The translations under genes and the position numbers were made by a program. Shown here in pieces: positions 23,614-38,137 of a stretch of DNA of 64,000 nucleotides. Numbering within the stretch: the stretch's first letter is position 1; the number at the start of each line of letters is the position of its first letter. The notes under the pieces are model-generated. The model was not told the origin of the DNA, did not search any database, and was given only the letters and a program-made list of their open reading frames with translations. The stretch is taken from NCBI GenBank assembly GCA_047495785.1, contig JBLDXI010000054.1, forward strand, positions 3,906,001 through 3,970,000, written 5' to 3'. This stretch comes from Lepidodermella squamata (lineage: Eukaryota; Animalia; Gastrotricha).

Positions 23614-26600
23614 ACTAAAGATGTCGTAGTATTGCAAGCCTAGCTTTAATATCTCTCAAAATTAGAAATAGATGTCCGAAATATTGCTGAGTCACATCTT
23701 ATCTTCGAGAGCGGTGTCATCGATTACGCAGACCATTTCGCTTCATCGCTATTCTATGTTAAACGCACCTTTCCTATACCGATTCGAAATGTTTCAATTT
23801 CTTCATTGTATTCCTTTCGCTTTGATGTAATTACCTGTTGCCGCCGTTTGTATTATTACGCATTTTTATCTTCGAAAAATAATTTTGACATGAAAATGAT
23901 GATCGCTGCTTTGGAACGTGGAGGAATTCATCGTCCCGGTCTGTGAGGGTAGTTTGATAGTTTGTTTTATCCATGTTAAAAGAACGAGCAAGGTGCCTCG
24001 GTCCGCTAATCGTATGATTTTATTACAGATAATTAACCGAGAATTCATGTGCAATCGTCTGCCTTTTCATGTTCAACTTCAAAAGTTTAACGCTACCAAA
24101 ACAAAATCGCCACCGTCTGTCGAGTCACCGAATGTTGTGTATTTTTGATCCTCGTGTGATCTTTTATATTATTATTAATCGTCGTCCGAACGCTAATAAT
24201 TATAACTACGAAATTATGGAGCCTGTACTTTTTGTTTTTTAATTTGTGTATATTCGATGATGAAATCGACTGATTGTCTCTCATGCTTACAGTAATTCCA
24301 ACGCTGTGTTGTAAAGACGTATAATAAGCCGCCGCCTTATAATCGGGAGCTTTATGGTGTAATGGAAAAAAAATATTGCAATCAATCACGATATAAATTA
24401 TTATGATGACATTGTCGGTTGTATTATCATTAATATTATTAATAATACACTATTTTCTGCGACTGGCTGTACGTTTTTCGTGATGTTAAAAAAAAGAAAT
24501 AACATTGAAATCGAACAACAAATAAAGGACTTCCGAGCGTAAAATCGACGACTTGAGTATCTTGATTTTTTTTCTGATAGGTTTTATCAGGCGTATTTAA
24601 CAGGTTATATTTTGCTATTTCCATCAATTGGAGGAAACTCTGAGCTATGCCGCCATGATGATCTTAGATCTAAGCTGCATATAGTTGACCTTAATGTCCT
24701 GATGACGAAGCGATGAGTCACCAAGTGCAGTCGATGTAAGTTGAATCATACTGGTGATTCAATGTGCTGATTGACTAATTATACTTGCCGATTAATGCTA
24801 TATTGAACCTTAATCGGCATTTTATTTATTTCAGTAATGTACTGTTTTTTAATGATTTTGTTGAGTCAACAGCAAAACTTATCGGCCAAAAAGTCACTTT
24901 GTTTTTATTTTTGTGACTCTATTAAAATTACGATGATGATGATGATGAAGATGAATAAAATACTCCAATTTAATGAATTTTTTTGTGTGGCTCGCCAGCA
25001 CAAAAAGCAGTTGCTTTGTTCCAGGCACGCTTGTATATGCAGTATGTTTTATTCCCCTTGTGTAGATTTCTCTCTGTTTTAAACAAAACTATCTGTCCGC
25101 TGCTGCTGCTGCTGCTAGCGGCCGCTGTGTTTCGCAAACACCGAGTAATTTTTCTGACGTATTTGTTGCAGCCCGTAACCACCAGCTGTGTTTTTCGCGC
25201 TTGAAGACTGTCGCAGAGCTGCAACTGTTGTTGCCGCCGCTGAAAAAGTCATTTTCTAGACTTGTTTGCCGAGCGACGTAGTAGTGAAAGCTAATCTAAC
25301 AGTGTCATTGTCGTCTGCTTGAGGGTGTAATATTCCTCACTTTTCTCCGTCTCTATTTCGCCTATTGACAATGAGGTGGTGGTGGTGGCTGCTGGCTGGC
25401 CGTGACCTTTGCCGAAAAGGGGGACGCAATCAATAATAATCCGGCGGCGGACGTATGGGCGAACTGCAAACACTTGCACACTTTACCCACGGTTTTATGG
25501 TGTCACTTTCTAGCCGCGCCCTCTGATGATACATCATACCCGGCGTACGTGTTTGCCGTTGTTGTTGTGTTGTTGTCTTGATAGCACACGAGGCCGTTCG
25601 CGGCAGAATAGTCGTTTATTGCGCTGTGATTTTCGCAGTTTGACGATGCTGCTACAACGCCTCTCGTGATTATCTCTTTCAATTTTAAAAGGTAGACGTC
25701 GGTGCCTCGTGGCTACTATAACAGACGGCGATGATAGCGCTATAATAACGTCACATTAGCGGCCCATTTCGACACACTCGGCGCTATGGCGGTGTATGGA
25801 ACCGGACTGCGGCGACAATTAGGTAGTGATAATTAACCAGCAGACGACTGTATTATATACCTAGTCAATTGTCTCGTGCAGCTCTGGCGTCGCTGTGTTT
25901 TTATACACCGGACGGCGAAGAATTTTCCGAGGTTTGTCAACAGGCCGTTGCAGCAGCGGCAAACACGGAATCACTTACGCCGATAGCAATGATGACCACT
26001 ACTGAAGATGATATTACGCCGTTGTTTGACTTCATTTGCTAGTGCAGCGAGCGCATGCATACCTGTACCTGATATCGCGCAGTGTTTTCTGCGGGCTAGT
26101 TTAGATCACGACTGCTGCTATAGGGCCACTCCACTTCGAGCGCTGTTTGTCGTCGTGTCGGTCGGTTCTTTCTCTTTGCCCGCCGCAGCCCCGGCCCAGT
26201 TTCACGCAATTAAATGGATAGATTCATCCATACGTCCTCATTAGTTCACTATAATACGGCCCAAGCGGTGGTTTTACTACTATCACGGCAATAAATCGCT
26301 GCGATTTTAATCTGCGTGTTTGTTGCGTGTTGCTCATCTCAGCCGACGAGATGAGCCGGCGACCACCATTTATCCCGTGCTAATCCTAAAATTACTCATT
26401 TTTACGACGTGACATGTCGCAATATCGCTTTTTTATCGTTGTAATTTCAATTTACGCAGTAGCGATGCGGCTAAAAACTACAAACATACCAGCAGTGGCT
26501 GTTTGTCGCTACCTATAGGAAGTAATGCTTTGTTGCGCGTTGGGTATCAGTTATTTGCCGCGGGACCCTGTGCACGTCGTCGTCGTCGTCGTCTCTTCAC

Positions 26601-29600
26601 ATCCGTGTTTTTCGGCTCGTCGAACACGACGATGTCTCCTTTTTGCTGGTACTACAACTATTTACTTGTCGTCGCTACCTTAAATATCATTACACCGCGA
26701 GCGCGCGTTTTGTAGCTTTGTGTATTTGGTTGTTGTATTTTTGCTCGATTGTGTCTTCGACGAGGCATAACACCACCGGGCTGTTGTACCTTGTAGCTAA
26801 TGTCCGCCGCCAGGCAGCCCATTCCGCGCAAAAAACATGAATAATGCAGAGCGGAATGACTCGGATTTCTGCTGTTGTTTGTGTTCGGTTGGCCATTCGC
26901 GCGTGATTCCTATCCTCATTATCAGCAGAGACTGCGGCTACCTATTGTTTTATTATTGTTATTGTTATTATTAATTCGAATCCTTTCGGGGCAGATTTCG
27001 TTGTTTTATTTCACCATTATTACTAGAACAATGTTTATACATCACCAGAACAAGGTATTAGTGACGTTGATGGACGTCGCGCCGGGCTGACACCAAGACG
27101 CGGTTTTAGTATCCACCCTAAGATACCTGCGCGTTGTTTACGGCCCGGCTGACTCGGCCGCGCCTTGTAGTGGCGGCGGACGGCAGTTGTCACTCTATTG
27201 TCTCATATCTGGTCGCGATAATCTGGCTGTTATTTGCGCCAATCGCTCGCTCGCTCCAATACCTGCCTGTCTTCTTTTTGTGATGACGACGATGATGATG
27301 CCAAATAATGTAGTTGTAGTAGCAGTATTTGTTAGCGTTGCGCCTCGAGTGGCAAAAAGCTTTGCATTTGTCATCAGCATCATTCTTTATTATTCGCCCG
27401 CTCTGCCCGTGCGTCTTCTTCTCTTCGAGTCAGTCAAAGTGATAGACATGCTTAGGTACCTACTACCTAGGTATAGGTAGCCGGGTTTAATTAAGGCCGC
27501 GCACGACACAACATTTGGCTGCTGAGGTTCCAGTTCATTTCGGTCGGTCGCCGTCGACGACGACGTTGCTTTCCGAGAGTGCGCTGACCTTTTTATTGCG
27601 GCGGCGGCTGCTTTGTTGTGCTCATTTCGTAGATGAAAGATGATGATGGTTCAGCAACAGCAGTGGCACTTGCCGTTTCAATAATTTACGCGCGTTTGAT
27701 ATATTGGCTGATTATTGCCCCGCCGCCGCTCTAATTTCGCCTGCTTGTAACAACAGGCATAGTAGGCGATCCGCAGCTAGCTCGCTCGCGGTTCCCACAT
27801 TAACAATTAAACAGCTTAATTTTTCTCATTACATGGGTTAGAACAACATTACACAACAGCAACAGCGTTTTATTCGTTACATTCGTAGGTATTAAGGTGG
27901 ATGGATACCTACTTATTAGGTACAGTTGTAACGGCCGAAGGTGCTACGCATGTTGCCACTTGGTTGGTAATTGGAGCCACCAGCGAGTTCATCATCGCAC
28001 TGTGATTTCTATCCACTAGAAAGGGTGCTCTCTGGTTCTTGTCAAAACAAATACCTAGTACTACTACTGTGTAACAAGCTGCAGGCCTCGCTGAAATTTA
28101 GGGGCGCTATTCTCTTATCACCGTGCAATAATTTTGGCTGGGGTTTATAATGTACTGCTACTGCTGCTGCTACCTAATAAATGTTTTGTTCTGGTTGTGT
28201 GCACACCGACGGCGGTAGTAGCAGGGGCAGCAGCGATTTTTCGTTGTTTTACGCCCCCGCCTCGCATTGTTGCACGCCGCATCGAGAGGTTGTTGCTAGC
28301 AGCGTACCTTCGCCCCGTATTTTTGCGTCCATTGATAAGACCTCGTACTACGACGACTGAGGGGCAGATAGAGCGCGAGGCGTATCATACGCGGCTACTA
28401 ATAACAACAGCAACAACCAATTTATTGCTTGTTGTATTTTTAAAAGATCATCTCGCCGCCGCTGCCGCAGCTAAAGTGGAACCATCCGATCCGCCTTAAT
28501 TTACTTGCCTAATCTGTCGATGTTTATCGGCTGCGGGCTCATCATCTCGTTTTATGACGATGATATTACTTACTATTACCACGTCATTATGGCTGCTGCA
28601 GTCGGCGTGAAGTGGAAAAACAAGAAAAAGCGCGCCGCCCCGGAAGCGCGCAGCTCTAAGCGAACAGCCCCATTGTGTTATTGCCACGATCATTATTATT
28701 TACCACCGCCACAACAACTCGCGCGCATCTCTTGGCACCGCCACGCCTCGTGCCAGGCGCGTAATATCGTTTTCTCATTATCATTATCGTTATTACGATT
28801 ACTTGACCACTCATTTTCAACTTGCTATGGCAACGTAAATACCACAGCGAGTTTTTGTTGTTTTGTTGTGGCGGGAGTCGGATCCCGGGTCGGCTTTGTT
28901 TTTGTTTCGGGCGCCAAAAACAACAACAACAAAACTATCAATCCGATCAGCGATCAAAGCCGCCGGGTGGCGCGCGCCCTCTCATCTCAGATGTGAGTCG
29001 TCGTCCGCCGTTGCGTCACCCGTCCGTTTACTCAACTACGTAACAACCGGGCGTACGCTCGTGAGAACCGCGCTCGCGACCTTGTTTAGTTAGCTCGTCG
29101 TCGCCGTCGTCGTTTTCCGAAAATTCGTTCGTTCGAAGACTATAATAATAACATACCACCCGCTTACTTGTCTGACCCCTGACTGAATCGTAGGAGTAGT
29201 TATAGGTGCGAGTTGCGGGAGTCCACTTCACTTCGCGAGGGCTTTTCCGTTTTTGCACGCGCGGGTCGGTTGCCGCAGGCCAAAAAACACTCGAAAACAA
29301 CTCGTAATTACACATACATATCCGTTTTTATTTGTTTAGATGCAAAACACCAGCAGTTTTGCGTGCGTTGTCGACGGCCGCGTAAACAATCGTGTTTTGC
29401 GCTGTCGAAAAAACCGCGCTGTAATTATTTACATCGATTTTTTTTTCGTTTTGTGAAATTTTTTCGTTTTCACTAGCATTATTATTTATCGGCGGCCACT
29501 GGCCACTGGCCTCTCGCATAGCAATATTCTCACTTTGATTGATTTACCACTGTTTGCCGTCGTCGTCGTTGTCGATGCTGCTGTTTGTGACGCCGACATG

Positions 29601-31535
29601 ATGATGATGTGTGTATCAGAGGCAGGGTTCACACAAGTGAGGCGTTATAGCAGCCTGGCGACGCCCATCACGCATTCCCAGGCGAGGCGCGGCTATGACT
29701 TGTTGTTTGCCGCGCCGCAATGATGACGGCCCATGTCCTCGTCGTCGCTAAGCTGAAGCCGACGAATTCTGCGCCTGCTACTACTACTGCTGTCATGTCA
29801 TTCAGCCGCGTGTCGTATTTTTCGGCGGCCAACCCTGCTAATAACAACGCGACCGCGATTAGCCTATTTTACAGTATTTTAATAATAACAAACAGAGAAA
29901 TCTGCGCTTTTAATAGCCAGGTATTTAAGCCGTTATTTTTGCGCATCTTCACCGCCTGTTCATTTGTTGATGTGAGCGAGCGAGCGAGCGCGCGCGACCG
30001 ACTCAACAAAACAGCTACGTGACACTGGCTTGTCGTTAATGGCGACGCTGTGTGAGTAGGCTTAGAAGACGGCCCTTGGAAAACGATTATTAATGCGCGC
30101 GCGTTGTCTGTAAGCGCGTTGAAACTTCTTCTTTTATAAAATCCTCTTTATATCGCTAAAACAGCGCAATTTATACACCTGACTTGACTTGCTTTTTCCG
30201 ACGACTAAATGCTGTTGTTTTTGTTGACGCTGATAACGCGTGAAGAGACCCAATTGCAAGAGCTTTTGATCGCTCGACTTGTCACGAAATTGATTTTTTC
30301 TTGTTCTCGTAGTACTTTTTCTTGAGATTTGTCGATTAGCTTCGCTTCCGCTTCTTCAAAAGTTCGGCGAAGTGAGGGATTTCCCTCGAGTGTTTATTCG
30401 CGTGTGCCTTCTGTCCGATAATGAGACCATCATCAATCAGCCGGGCTGGTCACTTGGCGATTTCAAGACTAGTGTGTGGTGTCATTCTATCATTAATATT
30501 ATGATAACTAGGGTATTATATTTATGAGCTGATGACAAATGGCAGCGCGAGTCCCGTGCGCGCGATCTTCTGCCTGGTGATGAATAATATTGATAGTGGC
30601 GATTCGACATGCAAAGCTATGTATGCAGCGACGAGAGTGCGGCAATGTGCCCTCAACTCTCGGCCAGTAGTAGTAGAGTTGCGACACGAGATAATAACAT
30701 GCCCAGTGGCTCTCTTTTACCCGCCAATGACCCAGCCGAGACATTTCTGACGTGTTATCATTCATCATCGTCATCTTCTTCATTACGGACGTACATGCAC
30801 AGTGCGCTGTGGCTCGCGCGCGCGACTCGCTCTTCCTTCCCCTCAGCGCTCGAGTAGCATGCGCCACAACAAATAATTGTTGTAAAATTGAGACGATGAT
30901 GATGATGATGACGAGTCCAATTTTCCGTCCATTCAGCACCCTCACGCGCCCGTTAGCCTCTTCTCTAGCTGGCGTCCTATTCGTCTAAACAGTCGATTTT
31001 GCGTGTAATTTGTTGATATACTGCCGTTATCGAGAGGAAGCAGGAATTCGAGTCGTAGCTTGGGATTTGCCTCTTTTGTTGCTTCCCACAAAACGGCCGA
31101 TCGCCAGAAACGGCAGTAATTACACCTTTTTCTATGCTTCTCTCCTCTAATCCAACTACTTATCAGCGGCAGCAGCAGTAAGGAAAAAAACGACCCTCAA
31201 GTGCCTATTATTTTATGCTGTCGACCAGCTGTGCCCATTTTTTCGTTATCAGATACTTAGCAATTATAGTCCGCGAACGTGCTGTGTATTTTTAATGACC
31301 ACCCCAACTTTCTCTTGTGAATCATATTTCCTCATCGTAAATTTTTGCACTGGTGCGGTGGTTTTATAGAGTCATTTGCCGTGATTTCAGCGGAGAAAAT
31401 TTGATTAAGGAAGATTTTTTAGTTTTATAATTTAATTTATAATTTTTTTCTCTGATAGGTCAGGTTTAAAATGAAATTTATTTGACCGGCTGGCGATGGT
31501 ATGAATCTTGGAACTGCTAGCAGTCATCAGTCAAC
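23614..31535. promoter_or_regulatory. Large non-coding, microsatellite-rich block upstream of plexin (probable cis-regulatory region or 5' UTR intron)
   Basis: No credible ORF; many short (GTT/GAT/GCT/CGT)n runs; ends in the acceptor ..ttttttctctgatag at 31458. Confidence 0.55.
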
Positions 31536-34500
31536 ATGACTAGTACCCTACAATTTATTAATATTCTCATCACGATTTATTTGACGGCACTAGTCGCCGG
31601 CCAAAGAAGTAGCGCATCATGGTACCTCGAATCCACAGTTGTGCCTATTGGCAGCGAGGCGAGAAACGCTGCCTACGACCCCGAAACTGGTTCGCTCGTG
31701 ATTTTTGCGGACACAGCGAAGAGCGTGTTTATTTTTAACGTATCGTCTAACGCTGATTTCTCAACGGCCAAAACTGTTGGATGGCCGTTAAATGGCGCCT
31801 ACCCGACTGGCAACTACGGCTTGTTGGCAAAGGGCGGCCAGGTTGTGGTTTGCGAGGCGGATCAAACGACAAGTTGCGTTAGGATCGACGTAAATTCCCG
31901 ATCACTCAGCCCCAGCCACAACAGGATAAACCATCAACCTGGCGGGAAGAATGCCCCGTCGATTTTTATCAATGATCCGAAATCGATTTTGGTATTCGCG
32001 CCGAGCAACGTGTTCGCCTTCATCAACTCGCAGGGCATGGAGACGATGACGGATAAATCGGCGTTGGAGTCGCAATCTCGCCTCGACAGTTACAACGCCG
32101 GGCCTGTTTACGAATTTGACAACTACGCCTATGTGGTTTGGGTGAGGAACAGCGGAGAGTCGCGCGTCGACCAAGAGCGGTCGAATTTGATTAAAATCGG
32201 TCGGATCTGCTCGAAAAGCGAGTCGTTCAACCACTACATCGAAAAGCCGTTCTCGAGCCCTCTCGTGAAACCTCTCAATGTGTCGACACTGATTTTCCGC
32301 GATAACCTCGCTATCTTCACGCGGCCATCGCCCGCGTCGTTAGCTATCTGCTACTTGACTAAACAGCTGGTTGTCAGCGAGATCTCTTCGGCCATCGCCG
32401 AGTGTAAAAGCTCGCAGAGTTCCGAGTCGCCGGGCTTTGCCGGCTCGGAGATCAATGCGGCAGTTACGTGCTCGAACCCGACCGTTCGAAGTAACGCGAA
32501 TAAAGGCTGCGACTACCCGGCGCTGTTCTCAGCTGCCCACTCGCGCGACTGTCTTTCACCCGCCGTCATCGACTTATCAGGGGCTCTATCGAATTTCATC
32601 GACTCTGCCGCGCTGGTTTTGAGCGATTCAAAATCGCTGTTGTTTTTCACTGACGCACAGGGCCGTTTCGCCCGAGTTCTGGTCGAGAAATCTGGCGATT
32701 CATTCTCTTCGAAACTGATTGGAGTTTCTAGCGTCAACTCGAGTGCTGTGCCGTTGTTGCCGAATGAAGTCGTACTGAAGCTGTTCGTTCAAGAGCATTT
32801 CGCTCAGTTGGTCTTCGTGACGACTTACAGGGTTCGTGACACACTTGCTTTTCATCATTAGATTGTTTGCTTATTTTTTCGTGATGATGATGACGATGAA
32901 GAGTCACATTGGTTGGCTGGCACATTAACAACTCGCACGCGCGATTGTTTAGTCGACGCCTTTTAGCTCGAGTGCGGTTCTCGCGTCTTTTTGGCACTGG
33001 CTCGCTGAGACAACAACAAAGCGCGCTGGTTCTTAATTGATATTGCGTTATATTGTGCCGCGGCGACACAATTTGCGTCTCTATTCTCGCGCTAATTTGC
33101 GCCAAGTAGCTTCCCCAGCGTATTACTTAAACGCGCGTGTGTATTTAACTCGGTTGTATGCGAGTGTGGGAATGATAAGAAGATGCTTTGGTTTTTCAGG
33201 TGATTCGCATCCCAGCGTCGAACTGCACCCAGTACGCGGCGTGCGACTCGTGCCTGGCGTCGGGCGACCCGCTCTGCGCCTGGTGCCCATCCACCGGCAC
33301 ATGCACGCTGAATACGGCCGATCGCTGCCCAGATGTCATCGGCGCATCTGCCACGTGCCCGCGGCTCGTCGCGCAGGACGTTGACCTCGATCGCGGTGAC
33401 CAGTTGACGCTGCGGCTCAGTCCGTGGCCTTTTGTAGAGAAAACGCCCACCGCCTACCAGTGCGATTTCAACGGCGGACTAAGCCGTGAGGGCCGTGTTG
33501 TTGGCCAGCACACCATTTCCTGCCAAGTTCCGGCTCCTAGTTCGGCTTTCGCTAGAATTTCTGTCAGCCTTTCGGCGTCTTTCGCCGACAGAAGTAGGGT
33601 GGAAGTCGCTAAGCTGACCGATCTGAGCTTGTACAAATGCTCAGCTCTAACAAAGTAAATTGAATGACGGATGTAAAGGATTCAAATTATTTATTTTCAT
33701 TTTTTTCTCCAGCTGTTCAACTTGCGCTGGTGCAGTCGGTAACAAGTGTTCGTGGTGTTTCAGCACCGGTCAGTGTGGCTCAGTCTCTGCCCAATCGTCA
33801 TGCTCCCGCTGGTTAGTGAGTAATCACGCTGAATGCCCGGTTCTCGACGGCATTTTCGACGAACGTGACCGGGTCATTGTCCCATCTCTGCCGTACCCGT
33901 TCGGGTCGGTTGATGTTGCTCAGAGCGTGCGATTCCGCATCAGGTCGGGCTACGAAATTCTGAACAGCGCCTCAGGTCTGCAGTGCAGTTTCATGCAAGC
34001 CAGTGGCCAGTTGTGGGGCAGTCCTTTCAACGCTCGTATCGATGGCAACTACGTCACCTGTATTACAGCCGGGCTTCGTGCCCCGGATGACACGAGGCTA
34101 CTCGTAAATTCGTCTCGCGAGTTCAAACTCAAAGCTATTGTCCTGGCCGAAGCTCAGCCGATCGACTACATCGCAGCTAACGGCGACAGCAAGGAGATGA
34201 CGCTGAGTTTTCACAGCTGCTCTCCCTCGCCCCTCGCACCAACTAGCCTGGATACGTGCGGCCACTGCCGGGCGCTGAACACGGATTGGGGCTGTGTCTG
34301 GTGTGGCGCGTCTCGTTGCATCGCCAAGGGTAGATGCGAGGCTAAAGTCCCCGTGGGAGCTGTTTGCAAGGCTGATATCAAGGGTTTCCAGCCGAGCAGT
34401 GGCCCGTTGGACGGCGGAACTTCCCTCACGATTTCCACCGTCGATCTTGATACTCAGGTCTCGGACCTTCGCGTTAAGGTCACAGGGCTCGATTGCATCG

Positions 34501-37500
34501 TCGACCAGGCGAGGACCAAGTTACCCGACACCGTTGTCTGCGTGACATCCTATGCGAGAAATGACGGCCTTAATAGAACGGGGAAAGTGCGTCTGTTCGA
34601 TCAGAACGAGAACCTACTCGCCGAGTCTGCTACGTATTACAAGTACTTGTCTGTTATCGAAGACAAGAATTTTAAGGTGGAGCCGGTTTTCGGCCCGCAG
34701 CAAGGCGGCACGCTTGTTACTGTTACTGGGCAAGATTTCGGCATCGGCTCGACACGCGCTGTTTGGATTGGCTCGACGCCATGCATCGGCGTACAGGTCG
34801 TCTCGCCGCATCAACTGCGATGCAATACAACGGCCGCGATGACGGCCGGTTCGTGGCCTGTTCACGTTATTGTAGACGCGTTCAACAGCACGCAGTTCCT
34901 CGGTGCCTATCCCACGCCGCCGCATTTCGAATACAGACGCGACCCCGTGCCGAGTGTGGTCCCGGCTAATTCGGAGTGGCAAAAAGTCAGAATCTCGATT
35001 CGAGGTGGTTCTCCGATTAAGGTGGAAGGTTCAAGTTTAGACGCGTCCGCCTCACCTGTTTTCTTGCTTCGCGTCGCCGATGCCCGGCTATTCGGCGGCT
35101 TGATTGTAGCCTCACCTTGCCAGGTCGTGTCTAGCTCGAGCCTGCTATGCCGCTCACCTGCCTTACCCGTCGTTACCAATACCTCCCTGATAAAAGATTA
35201 CGGACTTCGATTTTCAGATACGCTGGAAATTTGGGCTTCAAATCGCCCGAAATGGCCAGCACTTGAAGTTACGGGGAGTCCGGAATTTCAAAAGGCAACT
35301 ATCGACATTGAAAACGGTTTATTAACCATGGCTGGGGCCAATTTCAGCGATGGCTATCTCGAGTCTGACTATAACATCACAATCGCAGACCGTCCTTGCG
35401 CGATTAAAACTTTCAGTTCGAACTTGATCATCTGCATCGTTCCGGCTAAACCGCCTCAAGCCGGCGATAATTCAACAGGTAGCTATATTCCGATCGAAAA
35501 CATCGCACACAGCCAGGTCAGCATAGTTCTTGGTGGGCAGAATCCACCTTTAATCATCTCGAGCCTATCCGCAATGGACGGTAACGTGATGGATGGCGTT
35601 TTCAAGCATTTGATGTCGAATTCTCTGTCTATCATCATCCCTGCCGTTGTCGGAGTCGTCGTCGTGCTGGTCGTTGTTATCCTGGTTGCCTGCCTATGCA
35701 GCCGTGCTAAACGTGATACTTTGACCAAGTACGAGAAGACGAAACATGGTCTGGTTTCGGCACGTGAGCAGCAACTGACCAAGTTCCAACGGCGCATTTT
35801 CGCGGATCAGACTCAGGTAGCGCCGCAAGAAGTGCGCTGGAACGCTGAAATTCCGTTTCACAAGTACCGCGATTACTGCCAGAATTTCTTCTTCCCCATG
35901 GTTGACGATTACCGGTCGATTCAAACGCCGCCTGATGTCGCGAATATCGGCGTGACTGAACTGGAGCGGTTCTACCGGCTTTTATTACGCGAAAACTTTC
36001 TCATCGCCTTTGTAAATGCCCTGGAAAATCCTCATCATTTCAAGCACACTGATATCACTCGAGTTGCGGCGTTACTCTCCGTCGTCCTACAGCCGCATAT
36101 GGTCTATCATACAGCTGTGATTCGCCGCCTGCTCGATGACTTGATTTCGAAAACTGCGCAGCGTAATCCAAGCGAGTTGAAGCAGTTGTTAAGGCGGGCT
36201 GAACACGTTGTCGAGCGCATGCTAGCCAACTGGTTGGCGATGTTGTTGTACGACCACGTGTTATCCGGACCAGGCCAAGCGCTGTTCCGGTTATCTAGGG
36301 CCTGTCACCTTAAAACAACGTCGGGCAAGGTCGATCCGGTCACAGGTCGATCGCTGTACGCCTTGTCCGAACGGTCACTACTCCAAGACCCGTCGATACC
36401 ACTCGAGATTACGCTGAACATATTCGACAATGTCCGGTCTGCGATTCAGACGGAGGAGGGTCGTCGCACTGTGACAGTTCTCGATTGCGATACGGTTGCG
36501 CAGGCCAAGGCGAAGATCCTTGACGCAATTTACGAAGGCGTGCCGTTCTCGGCCCGCCTCACACCTGCCGATTGCGATCTTCAGTACATTCAAGGTAGCG
36601 ACGGCAAGCGCGTCGACCTGCCGGATGACAGCCAGAAATGCGCGACGAACACGCTGCCGAACGGCAAAGCGCCGAAGCCCGCCCTCATCAAATCGTTCAG
36701 CATCGAAAATAACACCAAGGTGATAATTGTGCGCCGGCCGGCCGGAACTTACGGCACGAACACGACCTCGCTGAAATCGGTCGTGTCGCAGCAGTCGTCG
36801 AACGGCGGCGGCGGCGCGACAGGGTCGAGTGGCACAGGTGACAGTCACAGCTTGTTGAATGGCTCGCCGTTGATGGCGGGTGGCCATCATCACAACCGGT
36901 CTATCGCGCCCAATTCATCGGGCAACAACGGCGCGTTTTACGCTGTCGATCACAACGGCATCACCGTTTCGCTGACTGGCGATGAGCAGAAAACGCCCGG
37001 CGGCACTCGTCGCGCTGTCGTCAATAGCAACCGGCGGAGAGCTGGTTCAGACCGCGGCGACAAGCGCGGTTCGCGCACCTCGAACGCCTCATCAGCAGCC
37101 GCAGCCGCTGCGGTTGAATCCACAGCCCCTCCCTCAGAATACTTTCTCAGTCTCCTACTCATTACTAAGGTTAGTTTTCAAGATCTGAAATTTTTCGTTT
37201 ATTAAGGAGGAATTTTTCGTAATTTTTGTAGAAGAGTCTCCAAGAGCATATAGACAATTTATTCGCCTCGCTGTTCCGCCTGCAGCCGCCGACCGATGCC
37301 AGTTTCCCCCTCGCTATTCGCTATCTTTTCGACCTATTCGATGACTTGGGTCGGAAACATGGCATCACCGACCCTGAGGTCGTCTACTGCTGGAAGACCA
37401 ACGCTGTGCCACTGCGTTTCTGGGTGAATCTCGTTCAGAATCCCGACTACCTGCTCGACATCGAAGTCATCGAGCCGGTCAAGCAGTGTCTGACCGTCGT

Positions 37501-38137
37501 CAACCAGGCGCTGATGGACTCGTGCGCACGCGATCCCCAGCCGCTCTCCAACCGCTCTGCCAGCAACAAACAGCTGTTCAGCGAGGATGTTGTCCGGTAT
37601 CGAGGCTACGTGCAGAAATACTACGCCGACATTCAGCACGTCGACTTCGGCGGACCCCTCGACTTCACGATGAACAACTACCTGGCCGAACAATCGCAGC
37701 TGCATGCGAGGGCGTTCGACCCTCAGGGCGCGTTAAGGCGGCTGGCTGAGGCGGCGCTTCGTTACTCGAACGACATTGACCGGTTCTTGCGTACCGGCCC
37801 GTCGCCAGACGGCGTGCAGTTAGCCGATGACTTCGCCGGAATCGTGCGGGACCTCAGAATCGCTGGCATTGGCTCGTCCTCCTTAACAGCAACCGGTTTC
37901 TCGGCGACCAACACACCGTCGGCGAACAGCGCGAATGCCATCAGTTTCACGGCGACGCCGGTGGGTGTGCCGAATGCGCAGATTTTGGCCCCGTCCAACG
38001 GCCATTTGACGAGGAACGGCCGCGCTGGCTCGCAGAATCAGCAGCCGGCCGCTGCGGTGTTTCCTCCTCCCGCGCTGGCTGCTCAACAGCAGAAAGAGAG
38101 CCAGTATATTGTCATGAAACATCCGACTCACCTTTGA
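31536..38137 (+). CDS. Plexin (semaphorin receptor)
   Basis: Signal peptide, divergent Sema domain (IGRIC), PSI domains (CDSCLASGDPLCAWC), IPT repeats (GPLDGGT, GPQQGGT), TM, split GAP domain (LLRRAEHVVERMLANW; WKTNAVPLRFWVNLVQNP) with RBD (VLDCDTVAQAKAKILDAIY); introns at 32832-33199, ~33655-33711 and ~37170-37230. Confidence 0.95.

Noticed and set aside
24655-24703. C/D box snoRNA-like ATGATGA...CTGA
   Set aside because: Too short, no convincing terminal stem or recognisable guide, and ATG repeats are common locally.
27484-27493. GGTTTAATTA match to the start of nematode SL1
   Set aside because: Only 10 nt, with no following leader, donor or Sm site; chance match.
24837-30988. Numerous 60-160 aa ORFs upstream of plexin
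   Set aside because: Low-complexity translations of microsatellite-rich DNA; no domains or consistent exon structure.
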